Positions 1 to 8,363 of a stretch of 64,000 bases of DNA are shown here, in pieces. This DNA comes from a virus. A program made the translations under genes and the position numbers. Below the pieces are notes generated by a model. It was given only the letters and a program-made list of their open reading frames with translations, was not told the origin of the DNA and ran no database searches. Each line of letters opens with the position of its first letter. Position 1 is the stretch's first letter. The stretch is from positions 3,552-67,551 of IMG/VR virus record IMGVR_UViG_3300018476_000014; one strand, 5' to 3'.

Positions 1-447
1 CATCTTGGTCCATTGCGGGTCCGGTTCTCCCGTCGCGGTGTCATGCACCTGATGAACGCCTAGCTCAGCGCTGTAATCGATCAGCAGGTTCCCCTGAGAG
101 AGCGCCACCAGTGCTGGGAACGAGCACGCCGACAGACAGTAACCATCGACGTAGACCGTCGCCTCGTTGTAGTGCACCCACCCAGCAAGACGGACACCTT
201 CGTCGCCGTCGCCGCCCCATGAATCAAGCTCCAGAGCGACGATCTTGTAGCCGTCCTTGATTGCTTTCTTGCGGGCTTTCTTGACCTGCTCCAGATCGCC
301 CGGCACGATTTCCCCGCTCAAGCGGATCGTCACCAGCTTCACGTCGGCGTCTGTCGGCCAGTACGCCCTTTCGGCTGTTACTTCGGCTGTCCATGACGAC
401 GTAGCCCACAATGTCCCCAGCAGGGACGTCAGAATTCTGTTCCGCAC
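1..447 (-). CDS. ClpP/crotonase-fold (COG3904-like) protein with possible signal peptide; runs off the left edge
   Basis: Not in the ORF track. Hand translation from GTG at 447 (GGAGG upstream) is open to position 1: VRNRILTSLLGTLWATSSWTAE...IRLSGEIVPGD...LELDSWGGDGDEG...VYVDGYCLSACSF...ELGVHQ. The LxSxGG, CxSAC and GxH motifs fit the ClpP-like fold. Confidence 0.65.
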   Translation of the reverse strand, partial: MRNRILTSLLGTLWATSSWTAEVTAERAYWPTDADVKLVTIRLSGEIVPGDLEQVKKARKKAIKDGYKIVALELDSWGGDGDEGVRLAGWVHYNEATVYVDGYCLSACSFPALVALSQGNLLIDYSAELGVHQVHDTATGEPDPQWTKM

Positions 448-754
448 CGTGATTTTCCTCCATGCGCTTCTCAAGCTCTTTGAGAAGCGGACCCATCATT
501 TTCCCTCTCCACTCGCCGCCGCGTCTCCAGATCATCGCGATGGCGTTTCTCAGATGCTGTTCGGTCAGCGTGTTGATAGGCAGCGCTCTTCCATCCTCAG
601 TCAGCCAGATCGGCTCGCTGACGATGTCTTGAACCGTCCACAAGGTGCGGCAGTCCTCGCAGAAGAACTCCTGCGTCTTGTACCAGTAGATGAGCGGCGC
701 ATGCTTGCAGCTCGGGCACGGGCCGCTGAACAGGCAGTTGGGATCAGTGTTCAT
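224..754 (-). CDS. hypothetical protein with N-terminal zinc ribbon
   Basis: Likely start MNTDPNC at 754 (GAAGGTGG upstream; ATGA overlap with the upstream stop). Motif CPSC...CEDC. The C-terminal part overlaps the ClpP-like gene. Confidence 0.55.
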   Translation of the reverse strand: MNTDPNCLFSGPCPSCKHAPLIYWYKTQEFFCEDCRTLWTVQDIVSEPIWLTEDGRALPINTLTEQHLRNAIAMIWRRGGEWRGKMMGPLLKELEKRMEENHGAEQNSDVPAGDIVGYVVMDSRSNSRKGVLADRRRREAGDDPLERGNRAGRSGAGQESPQESNQGRLQDRRSGA

Positions 755-1104
755 TGCACCACCTTCTTGGGTCCGGCCCTGCACTGCGCCACGTAGGCGT
801 GCCAGCCATTGTTGGCGATGAAGCCCAGCCGTTGCATGATGCCGTGGATCTGCGCGCCATCTGCCTCGGGGGCTCCATCCTTGTTCTTCGACGCGTTGAC
901 GATGACGTGCATCAGCTCCTGCGTCTCTTCGTTGTTGGCGTAGACGAGGCCGACAGCGCCTTGGTAGCCCTCGGCAGAGAACTCGAACTCCGGATGCTCC
1001 AGCATCCACTCGACCCCTGCCTCAAGCATGTCCTGACACGTCTTTTCGTAGCCACCGCCAAAGCCGCTGATCTCACCCATCTCTGGCGTGTGGCGGTAGC
1101 TCAC
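751..1104 (-). CDS. hypothetical phage protein
   Basis: 117-aa ORF with 4-bp overlaps to both neighbours. Confidence 0.7.
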   Translation of the reverse strand: MSYRHTPEMGEISGFGGGYEKTCQDMLEAGVEWMLEHPEFEFSAEGYQGAVGLVYANNEETQELMHVIVNASKNKDGAPEADGAQIHGIMQRLGFIANNGWHAYVAQCRAGPKKVVQ

Positions 1105-1262
1105 TTGTCGACCCGCTTGATGGCTTCCATCAGCCGGGCCTTGAGCTTCTGTACTTGAGCGATGTGGTGCTCGTCGCCTTGGGTCAGCCGGCCGTCCTCC
1201 AGACCGATGGTGACGGCGTGGATGAGCAGGGAAATCTCGACCAGGTTGAGGGTGATCCTCAT
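1101..1262 (-). CDS. small hypothetical protein
   Basis: MRITLNL start at 1262, coupled to the upstream stop. Confidence 0.5.
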   Translation of the reverse strand: MRITLNLVEISLLIHAVTIGLEDGRLTQGDEHHIAQVQKLKARLMEAIKRVDK

Positions 1263-1447
1263 GAGAGTGTCGCCCCCAGCCTGAAGCTCTGCCAGCATTC
1301 GGCGCACATGACGCCGGGCTCGTCTTTCAATTCGCCCGGGTAATGGGCTCGGAATTCATCCTCCAGGTACCTTCTGGAGAGTGTGCTCCAGAAGGTCCTG
1401 CCACACGCACTACACCTGTACTTACGTGACTTAATGTCTTGCTGCAC
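1259..1447 (-). CDS. small zinc-finger-like protein
   Basis: CSAC...CAEC motifs; fits the operon tiling. Confidence 0.5.
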   Translation of the reverse strand: MQQDIKSRKYRCSACGRTFWSTLSRRYLEDEFRAHYPGELKDEPGVMCAECWQSFRLGATLS

Positions 1448-1604
1448 TCAGACGCTCCAGCTCTTCGCGTAGCTTCGCCATCGCTTCGTCCTGAGACTTG
1501 ATGGCGACGCGAACCTCGTTGAACAGCAGGGCGATAATTCCACCGTCCGCCCTGTGATCGATTGCTTCTGATAGATTGTCCAAGCACCTCGTTGCTGTTT
1601 GCAT
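1431..1604 (-). CDS. small coiled-coil hypothetical protein (57 aa, not in ORF track)
   Basis: Hand translation MQTATRCLDNLSEAID...AKLREELERLSAARH; purine-rich RBS; fills a gap in the operon. Confidence 0.45.
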   Translation of the reverse strand: MQTATRCLDNLSEAIDHRADGGIIALLFNEVRVAIKSQDEAMAKLREELERLSAARH

Positions 1605-1637
1605 TGCACTCGTCCCTTCATCGTTTCTTATTGTTGG

Positions 1638-2930
1638 TTACTCCACTACACGTACTTCCGGTGTCGGCACCGCGGATGCCTTGTCGTTGGCTTCCCCAGC
1701 ATCGGACTCGGGGTCTTCTGCCGTCATTGATTGTGGATTGAAATCCATCACGTTCTTGGCCCTGATCAGCGACCGATAAGTGGCGCCGCTGATCACCTCA
1801 CCCTTGATGTGTATGTCACTGTCTTCGATGGCTTGATCGCCACAATCGACTCGCACGTCGTGCCTTGAAACAATGTCGGCCCAACTAAGAGTACCGGTTT
1901 TGTGTTCGAGTAGCGTTGAGATGTGCTCGAGGTGAGATCCCTCGCGAAACGAAAGCCAATACACGATCCCCCCGTTCACGGTCTTGATCACTGGGTTCGA
2001 TGTGAAGATCCCGATCGGACCGATGTGAAGATGGTAAACGCCAGCGTTCTGCCGTCCGAGACCGTCGATCAGGAACAGCGGATTGACTGGCCCGCCATTG
2101 CACTCGGTCCTGCCGCCCGGCTCCAGCCGGATCACCCTTGGCGAAACCCAGTTACCAGGGGTGGTTTCACCGGGCTCAAGCACGATGTGCGCCCGCCCTT
2201 GGCTGTTCAGGTAAGTGGGGACGATGGTGATGTCCTCCACCTGCCCCTTGAGCAGGAACACCGAGTTGTTGCCCATGCCGCAGCGAATGTCACAGTTCTG
2301 AAAGACGTTCGCCGAGCAGCTGCCGGACTTCTTGTTCGGTGGGTAGTAGGCACTGGGCAAGCCCCAGTAGTCCTGATTGGCGATCATCACGGTTGCCCGA
2401 GCCTTGTTCCACTGAAAATCACCTTGCCCAGTCATCCACAAATGGCAGTTCTCGAAGGTAAGGATCTCTCCGGCGATGTTTGTAATGACTGAATGGCCCC
2501 AGTTCTCCGATGTCTGCACGCCGGAGAGCGCAGTTGTGTCGCCGCACTGCCCGCCGCCATCGACATTGTCGGCGCGGCCGCAGAGCAGGAAGCACGATGG
2601 CGTGTCCCGCGCATCGCCAGAGAAGATGCCGTCGCGGATGCGCCAGTGGCGGATGCCGCCCATGACCTCATGCACCGGCTTCCCCTTGGTTTTGCAGTAG
2701 ATGTGCTGGGGATAGCGGTTGGAGTATTGCAGCGTTGACGCGTGGCGCAGTTTGATAGGCGTCTTGATCTCCAAGCCTTCGCGGTTCGGCACGTAGACGG
2801 CCAGGTTCCCTTGGTCGAAGGCGTTGTTGATCATCTGGCCCAAGTCGTTGCCAGTGAAGTCGAGGGCGTTGACGCCCTCTGCTTCGTTGGTGTTAGACGA
2901 CTGCTGCGATGGTTGTTGGTTCTGGGTCAT
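1638..2930 (-). CDS. right-handed beta-helix (pectin-lyase-like) protein, possible polysaccharide depolymerase
   Basis: N-terminus VNALDF...INNAFDQGNLAVYVP...IKTPIKL resembles pectate_lyase_3/tailspike starts. Strand repeats LTFENCHL, NVFQNCDI, IEDSDIHI. Confidence 0.55.
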   Translation of the reverse strand: MTQNQQPSQQSSNTNEAEGVNALDFTGNDLGQMINNAFDQGNLAVYVPNREGLEIKTPIKLRHASTLQYSNRYPQHIYCKTKGKPVHEVMGGIRHWRIRDGIFSGDARDTPSCFLLCGRADNVDGGGQCGDTTALSGVQTSENWGHSVITNIAGEILTFENCHLWMTGQGDFQWNKARATVMIANQDYWGLPSAYYPPNKKSGSCSANVFQNCDIRCGMGNNSVFLLKGQVEDITIVPTYLNSQGRAHIVLEPGETTPGNWVSPRVIRLEPGGRTECNGGPVNPLFLIDGLGRQNAGVYHLHIGPIGIFTSNPVIKTVNGGIVYWLSFREGSHLEHISTLLEHKTGTLSWADIVSRHDVRVDCGDQAIEDSDIHIKGEVISGATYRSLIRAKNVMDFNPQSMTAEDPESDAGEANDKASAVPTPEVRVVE

Positions 2931-3198
2931 TTTCGTTAGTCCCTTCCGTTCCGAAATACCCGACGCCATCGGTGACGTCCCGGTAGACCTTATAGGCTGC
3001 TTCGAAGCGGGTCTTGTCGTCGCGGGAAAGCATTATCTGGTAGTCCAACCTGCCGATGAGGTCCTCGAAGTGGAACTGCTGTGCCCAGTCACCGCTCCAC
3101 CAGTTGCCGGGGATCTCGATATCACGGGTATTCCCGCCCGCGTGTGCCGCCCACCTCTCCTGTGGCGTGTTGTTCTTGAAGACAATCCGGTAACGCAT
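2893..3198 (-). CDS. hypothetical protein
   Basis: 101-aa ORF with AGGAGG RBS. Confidence 0.65.
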   Translation of the reverse strand: MRYRIVFKNNTPQERWAAHAGGNTRDIEIPGNWWSGDWAQQFHFEDLIGRLDYQIMLSRDDKTRFEAAYKVYRDVTDGVGYFGTEGTNENDPEPTTIAAVV

Positions 3199-3312
3199 TT
3201 AACCATCCTCCTTTTTCGTAGACGTTACAGCGATCCTGCAGGTAGCTCCCGACGACGCCCAGCAGCAGCTCGGCCATGATCACCATGACGAGGAAGCTGG
3301 TGCTGGCGGCTC

Positions 3313-3525
3313 TCATCTGTACGTGTAATCCCTGAAGTGATGCTCGCTTATGATCCTGCGCATGTGCTTGGGGATACGCCTGAGCAGCGCACGGAACGTG
3401 TGGTTGCGGATCAGCTCCCGGTATTGCCACACCCGGTGCGGCAGCCACGTCTGGATATACGGCCCCTCTTTCTTCGGCTTCTTCCTTGGCGGCTCTAGTG
3501 GGTCTGGGTATACGGCTGCGTCCAT
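3313..3525 (-). CDS. small basic hypothetical protein
   Basis: 70-aa ORF with GAGGT RBS, tiled in the operon. Confidence 0.55.
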   Translation of the reverse strand: MDAAVYPDPLEPPRKKPKKEGPYIQTWLPHRVWQYRELIRNHTFRALLRRIPKHMRRIISEHHFRDYTYR

Positions 3526-3526
3526 C

Positions 3527-3727
3527 TCACCTACCTCTGAGGTTGCGCCATGAGCGAATCGACTGCACTTCGTTGTCTGGTGGCACTGCGTTGAGCAGCC
3601 GGATCAGGCGCTCGTTGATCTCATCGATCTGCTGCATCAGCATTGTAATGATCAGGTACTCGATGCCCACGACCACCATCAGGCAGATCAGGATGAACCA
3701 TTCGATGTAGTTCAGTATGGCTGCCAT
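3527..3727 (-). CDS. small membrane protein
   Basis: Hydrophobic segment WFILICLMVVVGIEYLIITMLM; AGGAG RBS. Confidence 0.6.
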   Translation of the reverse strand: MAAILNYIEWFILICLMVVVGIEYLIITMLMQQIDEINERLIRLLNAVPPDNEVQSIRSWRNLRGR

Positions 3728-3909
3728 GTGCGTGCTCCTTCAGGAGTCCACGGCATGCGGTCTTCTGCCTTGACGATGTACGCTTTGTAGGTGTCGCTCC
3801 ACTGAGCGATCGCCTGCCAGCGCATGGTCGGGTAGATGATATGAACGGCAGTCACCGGGTCGCCGTAAACTGTTTTGGGTTGCTGTTCGTGGGTGGGTAG
3901 GTCGTCCAC
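3712..3909 (-). CDS. hypothetical protein
   Basis: 65-aa ORF with GAGGG RBS. Confidence 0.55.
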   Translation of the reverse strand: MDDLPTHEQQPKTVYGDPVTAVHIIYPTMRWQAIAQWSDTYKAYIVKAEDRMPWTPEGARTWQPY

Positions 3910-4001
3910 TGTTCCCTCACATTAAAATGCTGACGACGATGGCGATGGCAGCGAGCTGCGCGCCAACGCCAACGACTAGGACGATCGCTGTTGCCTTCAT
4001 G

Positions 4002-4232
4002 TCATCCAAAGTCGCCCCTCCCCCAATAGAGTGTATCGACGTAGGCCTGCTTCTCTTCCTCGGTCATGTCGCTGCTGCATGGCCCTATAGGCCGTTGCAG
4101 TTCGGCCTTGAGCCGAGCGACCTCGTTCAAGAGCAGCCAGAACTCCTCGGGGCAGCATTCCCACAGCGCTGACTGGTACGCCTCCTTCGCTTCGGCTGCC
4201 CATTCGCGGAGCTGCTCATCGCTGATAGTCAT
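4002..4232 (-). CDS. hypothetical protein
   Basis: MTISDEQLREW start, coupled by ATGA to the upstream stop. Confidence 0.55.
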   Translation of the reverse strand: MTISDEQLREWAAEAKEAYQSALWECCPEEFWLLLNEVARLKAELQRPIGPCSSDMTEEEKQAYVDTLYWGRGDFG

Positions 4233-4615
4233 GACGCCACCTTTATCGCTTTGAACTCTGGATGTTTCTGTTTCATGTGTCGGGCCAATTGGCTGAACGT
4301 CCGATGGCAGCACTGGCAGGTGCCAGCGGCTGATCGCTTCTGGAGGTTCGCCAGCTTGGCGGTCTCGGCATTGCGCTGGTTGCGGATGGCGACGATCTCG
4401 TCATCCTTCTCGGCAAGCTGCTGCTTCAGCCGGTCGCGCTCGCGGCGCAGCTTATCCTCGGTGTTATCAGTGTATCGAATGCTGTGCCCGTTGGGGCAGT
4501 ACCAGTCACCGCCGCCGCTTTGCTTGCGCTCGAACAGCTTCTTGGGCGCTGCGTAGAGGATGTAGCAGCTCGGGCAGGTGCTCACTTCCAGTTCGGTCTC
4601 GGTCTTCACACTCAA
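4229..4615 (-). CDS. zinc-ribbon / coiled-coil / C2H2-like finger protein
   Basis: CPSC...CPNGH, then a coiled coil, then CQCCHRTFSQLARHMKQKH. Confidence 0.7.
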   Translation of the reverse strand: MSVKTETELEVSTCPSCYILYAAPKKLFERKQSGGGDWYCPNGHSIRYTDNTEDKLRRERDRLKQQLAEKDDEIVAIRNQRNAETAKLANLQKRSAAGTCQCCHRTFSQLARHMKQKHPEFKAIKVAS

Positions 4616-5061
4616 CGCTTGTCCTCCTCGGTCAGTCCCTGCTCGTCGTAGATTTTGGCCGTCACGCCATCGCTGACGAACGGCCCGGCGACGCGGACCG
4701 TGTCCATCTGAGGGTCAGGACGGCTCTGGACCTTGGCGATCACGCGGAGCTTCTTCTGATACTCCTGCTCGCGCCTCTGCATCTCGCGTTCCAGCCAGTC
4801 TACCGAAGCGCCCTTCGGCACCAGTGACGGGCGCCAGTCAGTGTTGGGGACCATGGCGCCGCGCACCGGCTCTCGCTCGTCAGCCAAGCGCTCACGCAGC
4901 ACCCGGATCTCACGACGCAGCCGGCCCAGCTCTATCTCAGCTGAGCGCAGCTCGGACTCGGAGTCCGCGAGGTTGTCAGCCGCACCACGCAGCTCGGCAC
5001 GCAGGCGGCTGTTGTCCAGCTCCAGCACGCGCACCAGTTCGTTCATCTCGAAGACGTTCAA
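4612..5061 (-). CDS. coiled-coil hypothetical protein
   Basis: 149-aa ORF with heptad-rich N-terminus. Confidence 0.65.
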   Translation of the reverse strand: MNVFEMNELVRVLELDNSRLRAELRGAADNLADSESELRSAEIELGRLRREIRVLRERLADEREPVRGAMVPNTDWRPSLVPKGASVDWLEREMQRREQEYQKKLRVIAKVQSRPDPQMDTVRVAGPFVSDGVTAKIYDEQGLTEEDKR

Positions 5062-5291
5062 TGGACCGATCCCTCTATGCCGTGGAAGTCTTCAATGCCG
5101 GGTACGCCGTGCGCGATGTCGCCAGACTCGACGGCGCGGTTGACCGCGTCGTTGACGGCGTTGATCAGGCAGACGGCGCACAGATTGTAGTGATGAGAGA
5201 GCGCTTGCAGCTGCCCAACCAGTAAATTGCTCGCCAGGTGGAGCTTTTCTATTTCGTGTTCGTCGGGCAGGTGCATGGCGTTCTCCTTCAT
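5058..5291 (-). CDS. hypothetical protein
   Basis: 77-aa ORF; AAGGAG precedes the internal ATG. Confidence 0.6.
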   Translation of the reverse strand: MKENAMHLPDEHEIEKLHLASNLLVGQLQALSHHYNLCAVCLINAVNDAVNRAVESGDIAHGVPGIEDFHGIEGSVH

Positions 5292-5348
5292 AAAAAGCCG
5301 TTGGACCGGGATGTTAGCAAAGGGGCTTTGTTAAACCCGGTACAACGG
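5292..5348 (-). terminator. long imperfect hairpin followed by a U-tract on the minus strand
   Basis: ccgttg-g-accggg...ttagcaaag/ctttgttaa...cccggt-a-caacgg, then CTTTTT in minus sense. Confidence 0.5.
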
Positions 5349-5353
5349 TAACC

Positions 5354-5737
5354 TTAGAGCTTAGCCCGCACGCTCTCGATGTGCTTGTGGATACGGATCG
5401 CCAGTCTGGCGAGGATCTCCGCGTCGGAACGCAGGCGCGGCAGCACTCCACGCACCTCCCTCGTCAGTTCCTCGGGGTTGGATGGCTCGGTCTCGACCTC
5501 GCCCGCCAGTTCGCTGACTAGCTGGAGTAGCTCGCCCTCGACCTGCAAAAGCCCCTTCACTGCCGTGGCGAGCTGGTCGGAGGCACGCTCGGTGTCCAGC
5601 TTGTCCTTCATGGCGTGGTTGCTCCTGAGTTGGCGCACGCGCGAGTTGATAGGCGCGAGCAATCCCTCGTTCGCCATGTCGTCCTTGAGCGCCCGGTCCA
5701 GGTCGGACTCGAGCGCTTTGTCTATTGGTTCGGCCAT
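5354..5737 (-). CDS. helical hypothetical protein
   Basis: 127-aa ORF with AAAGAGAA leader, downstream of a motif B copy. Confidence 0.7.
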   Translation of the reverse strand: MAEPIDKALESDLDRALKDDMANEGLLAPINSRVRQLRSNHAMKDKLDTERASDQLATAVKGLLQVEGELLQLVSELAGEVETEPSNPEELTREVRGVLPRLRSDAEILARLAIRIHKHIESVRAKL

Positions 5738-5751
5738 GTGTTCTCTTTCTT

Positions 5752-5796
5752 GTTACTAATTGTGTTACACGTAATGTGATTTGCCGTGCTTGGCAA
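5752..5796 (-). promoter_or_regulatory. putative sigma70 promoter (-35 TTGCCA) with motif B operator at 5752-5768
   Basis: GTTACTAATTGTGTTAC at 5752-5768; TTGCCA on the minus strand at 5796-5791. Confidence 0.45.
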
Positions 5797-5805
5797 GCGG
5801 GGGAT

Positions 5806-6465
5806 TTAATCCCCCATCAGTGCCTTCACAGCTTCCCGCCTTGCCTTCTGGCGGTTGCGCTTGGTCGCCGCCTTGGGATCGTTGTAGTTGTTGATGCGAT
5901 TCATGATGTCCTCAAACAGCTCATCACGGTAGTTCTCAGGCAGCGACGGCCAGCCCAGCTTGAACTGGTTCCTGTAGACATCCCAGCGCCCATAGTAGTC
6001 GTTGACCATGTCGGTCACGTCCTTGCGCCTGCCGTAGGTTCCCGTCTGCTGCAAGGTGGAGCCGCTGACGCCGGTCAGGCAGTTGTCGCAATGGTCGATC
6101 AACTCCATCAGCATCAGGTACTTGTTGCGCTTGTGCATCTCTTCGACGGTGAATTCGTCGTCCGGCCAGCGCGAGAGCACTCCGATGGTCGGGGCGTAGA
6201 TGTAGTAGGTCCCTGCCGATTCGACCGGTCCCCAGTCGGCACGGGTAAGCGCCTGGATCAGCTCGATCCACTGCCCACCGGGTGCCTTGACCAAGCGCCG
6301 CACCGGGTAGCGCTTGTTGAACAGCGAATGCCCGCGGTAGTAGATGTCGCCGTTCTTGCCCTCGGCATCGCCGTTGCCGGCCATGTTCCACTGGCGCCAC
6401 TTGTCGAGCGCGTGTACTTCCGAGCCGCTTACGCCAGCCCATTTCGGTAGCTGTCTATGTGCCAT
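5806..6465 (-). CDS. hypothetical protein
   Basis: 219-aa ORF with GGAGA RBS. Confidence 0.75.
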   Translation of the reverse strand: MAHRQLPKWAGVSGSEVHALDKWRQWNMAGNGDAEGKNGDIYYRGHSLFNKRYPVRRLVKAPGGQWIELIQALTRADWGPVESAGTYYIYAPTIGVLSRWPDDEFTVEEMHKRNKYLMLMELIDHCDNCLTGVSGSTLQQTGTYGRRKDVTDMVNDYYGRWDVYRNQFKLGWPSLPENYRDELFEDIMNRINNYNDPKAATKRNRQKARREAVKALMGD

Positions 6466-6501
6466 GTTCAGTCTCCGTTCGTGTGTTGGGGTTGAAAGAA
6501 A

Positions 6502-6954
6502 TTACCAAGAAGCCCGGTAGGTGACACTGCGCCACGTAGAACCGTAGCCACCAGGTGAGTCGTCATAAGGCTTCTCGCCGCGCACCAGCGCAGCAGCAAG
6601 GAAGCCCAGCGCCTTGGTGAAGATCTCGACGTCGTTGTCGACCATCTCCTTCATCTGCGCCTCGGTCAGTTCGCCGGGGTCGTAGCCACGGAAGAAGAAC
6701 CCGTCGGTTGACGGCAGGGCGTTGGTCTTGATCGCATCGATGATCTTGTGGATGTCCGGTGCCGACAGATCGATGTCCTGGCAGTTGTCTTCGCCCTCGG
6801 CGAACTCCCTGACGATGTAGCCATGCAGGTCAGCGTGCTTGCGCCAGTAGCCCAGCGTGATGATCACGCCCTCGACGGGATAGCCTTCCTCGTCCTTGAA
6901 GCACTTGCTGCCGAAGTAATGCCGGCAGCCGGTCAGATACATATCCAAGCCCAT
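6502..6954 (-). CDS. conserved hypothetical phage protein (MGLDMYL / YWRK type)
   Basis: MGLDMYL...LGYWRKHADLHGY...DNC...FFF...YRASW, a pattern common in phage early regions; AAGGAG RBS. Confidence 0.75.
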   Translation of the reverse strand: MGLDMYLTGCRHYFGSKCFKDEEGYPVEGVIITLGYWRKHADLHGYIVREFAEGEDNCQDIDLSAPDIHKIIDAIKTNALPSTDGFFFRGYDPGELTEAQMKEMVDNDVEIFTKALGFLAAALVRGEKPYDDSPGGYGSTWRSVTYRASW

Positions 6955-7007
6955 GGTTAGTCTCCTTCTCATTCGTGTGTTGGGGGTTGGTGTCAGTTGC
7001 ACCGGGT

Positions 7008-7334
7008 TTAACTCTCTTCGACATCCCACATGTCATAGACGCCAGTGGGGATGGTCCAGTTGTCGCACTGCGGGCACTTGTCGTTGACCTCTGTGCACTC
7101 GATCAGCGACCAGCCATCAAGCCCACCCTCATCGCAGTAGCCGCAGCTGTACCAGCACAGCACGCCATCAGGGTCGGAGCCGAGCGCAAGCCGCGCCTCG
7201 ATGATCGCCTTCTGGCGGGGTGTGCCCTTCGACCAGTGGATCAGTTTGCTCTTGGCTGCTGCGTGGGACGCATCGTCCAGCTCGATCATGGTTGCTACGT
7301 CGTCGTATACCTGCTGCTGATAGGCGCTCATCAC
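7008..7334 (-). CDS. zinc-ribbon hypothetical protein
   Basis: CGYC...CPQC; the stop codon lies inside a motif A copy. Confidence 0.65.
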   Translation of the reverse strand: MMSAYQQQVYDDVATMIELDDASHAAAKSKLIHWSKGTPRQKAIIEARLALGSDPDGVLCWYSCGYCDEGGLDGWSLIECTEVNDKCPQCDNWTIPTGVYDMWDVEES

Positions 7335-7666
7335 GCTTCCTCCTTGAGGATCATCGACAGCGGCACCTCGAAGGGCTGGCTTTGACTAATCCAGCTCTCG
7401 TCGTGGCTCATCTGATCGAAGTATTTCTCGATCCGGTCATCCCTGTTGCTCGGTAGGACTACGAAATCTGGGTCGCCAGCGATGCCGAAGGCGTCCAACC
7501 ATTGATCTTGGACATAGGCGTCTACGTAATCCATCGCGTCGTCCTCGCTCAGATGCACGGTCAGGTCGTCGCCGTGCTTGAACCTGATGTGAACGATGTA
7601 GACATGCAGGCGGATCGACGCTCCCAGTGCTGCGCACGCAGCATTGCGTTGCTGTTCGCGGGTCAA
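7331..7666 (-). CDS. hypothetical protein
   Basis: 111-aa ORF with coupled overlaps. Confidence 0.6.
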   Translation of the reverse strand: MTREQQRNAACAALGASIRLHVYIVHIRFKHGDDLTVHLSEDDAMDYVDAYVQDQWLDAFGIAGDPDFVVLPSNRDDRIEKYFDQMSHDESWISQSQPFEVPLSMILKEEA

Positions 7667-7923
7667 TACTCCACCTCCTCGACTTCCATGCCTTCCTCGG
7701 GACCAGCGATGGTCATGACGGGCGAGAGGCTGAGATCGGGCATGTTCGGGCCGTCGAAATCGCCGCCGAAGATCATCACATCACCAGCGTAGGTAAGATC
7801 GTCGGACAGTTGCAGTGTCCAATCCTTCATGGTGTCGGCAATCGCCTGTGCCTCGGCCTCACTGTCGGCCTTGATGTAGGCGGTGGCCCACACCTTCACG
7901 TCGATGCTGTAGAGATTGCTCAT
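7663..7923 (-). CDS. acidic hypothetical protein
   Basis: MSNLYSIDV start, coupled to the upstream stop. Confidence 0.6.
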   Translation of the reverse strand: MSNLYSIDVKVWATAYIKADSEAEAQAIADTMKDWTLQLSDDLTYAGDVMIFGGDFDGPNMPDLSLSPVMTIAGPEEGMEVEEVEY

Positions 7924-8135
7924 TTCAGGAACCCCACGCGTTCGGCAGCCATCTTCGCTTTCTCGAAATCGCGGAAGCGCTTGGGCCGGTTGCCACTCAT
8001 GAGGTGTTCGACGCTGCCGCCAAACTCGGGTATCCAGTAGACGCCATAGGTCTTCTCGGTCAGCGCGATGCGCAGCCGGCCACATGACCAGTAGCCGGGG
8101 TAGTGTTGCTTCCATTCCAGTCGTGGCGGTTTCAT
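7920..8135 (-). CDS. hypothetical protein
   Basis: 71-aa ORF with AGGAGAG RBS. Confidence 0.6.
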   Translation of the reverse strand: MKPPRLEWKQHYPGYWSCGRLRIALTEKTYGVYWIPEFGGSVEHLMSGNRPKRFRDFEKAKMAAERVGFLK

Positions 8136-8341
8136 TCTATCTCTCCTTCCAAGTCACTCAGCTCCTGCTCGATGGCAGTCGTGATGTTCATGGCTATCTG
8201 GACGGTGGCCCAGCACAGCATGTTGATGTCGCTTATCTGAACGTCAGCTGCGAGCCCGTTGTCCTTGAGGATGCGCTCCATCAGGTCAGGCATCTTGCGC
8301 AGCTTGGCGATCAGCAGTTTCGAGTTCGGTGGTCGTCTCAT
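8132..8341 (-). CDS. hypothetical protein
   Basis: 69-aa ORF with GAGGGG RBS. Confidence 0.6.
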   Translation of the reverse strand: MRRPPNSKLLIAKLRKMPDLMERILKDNGLAADVQISDINMLCWATVQIAMNITTAIEQELSDLEGEIE

Positions 8342-8363
8342 TTCATCCCCTCGGTTGATAGGC

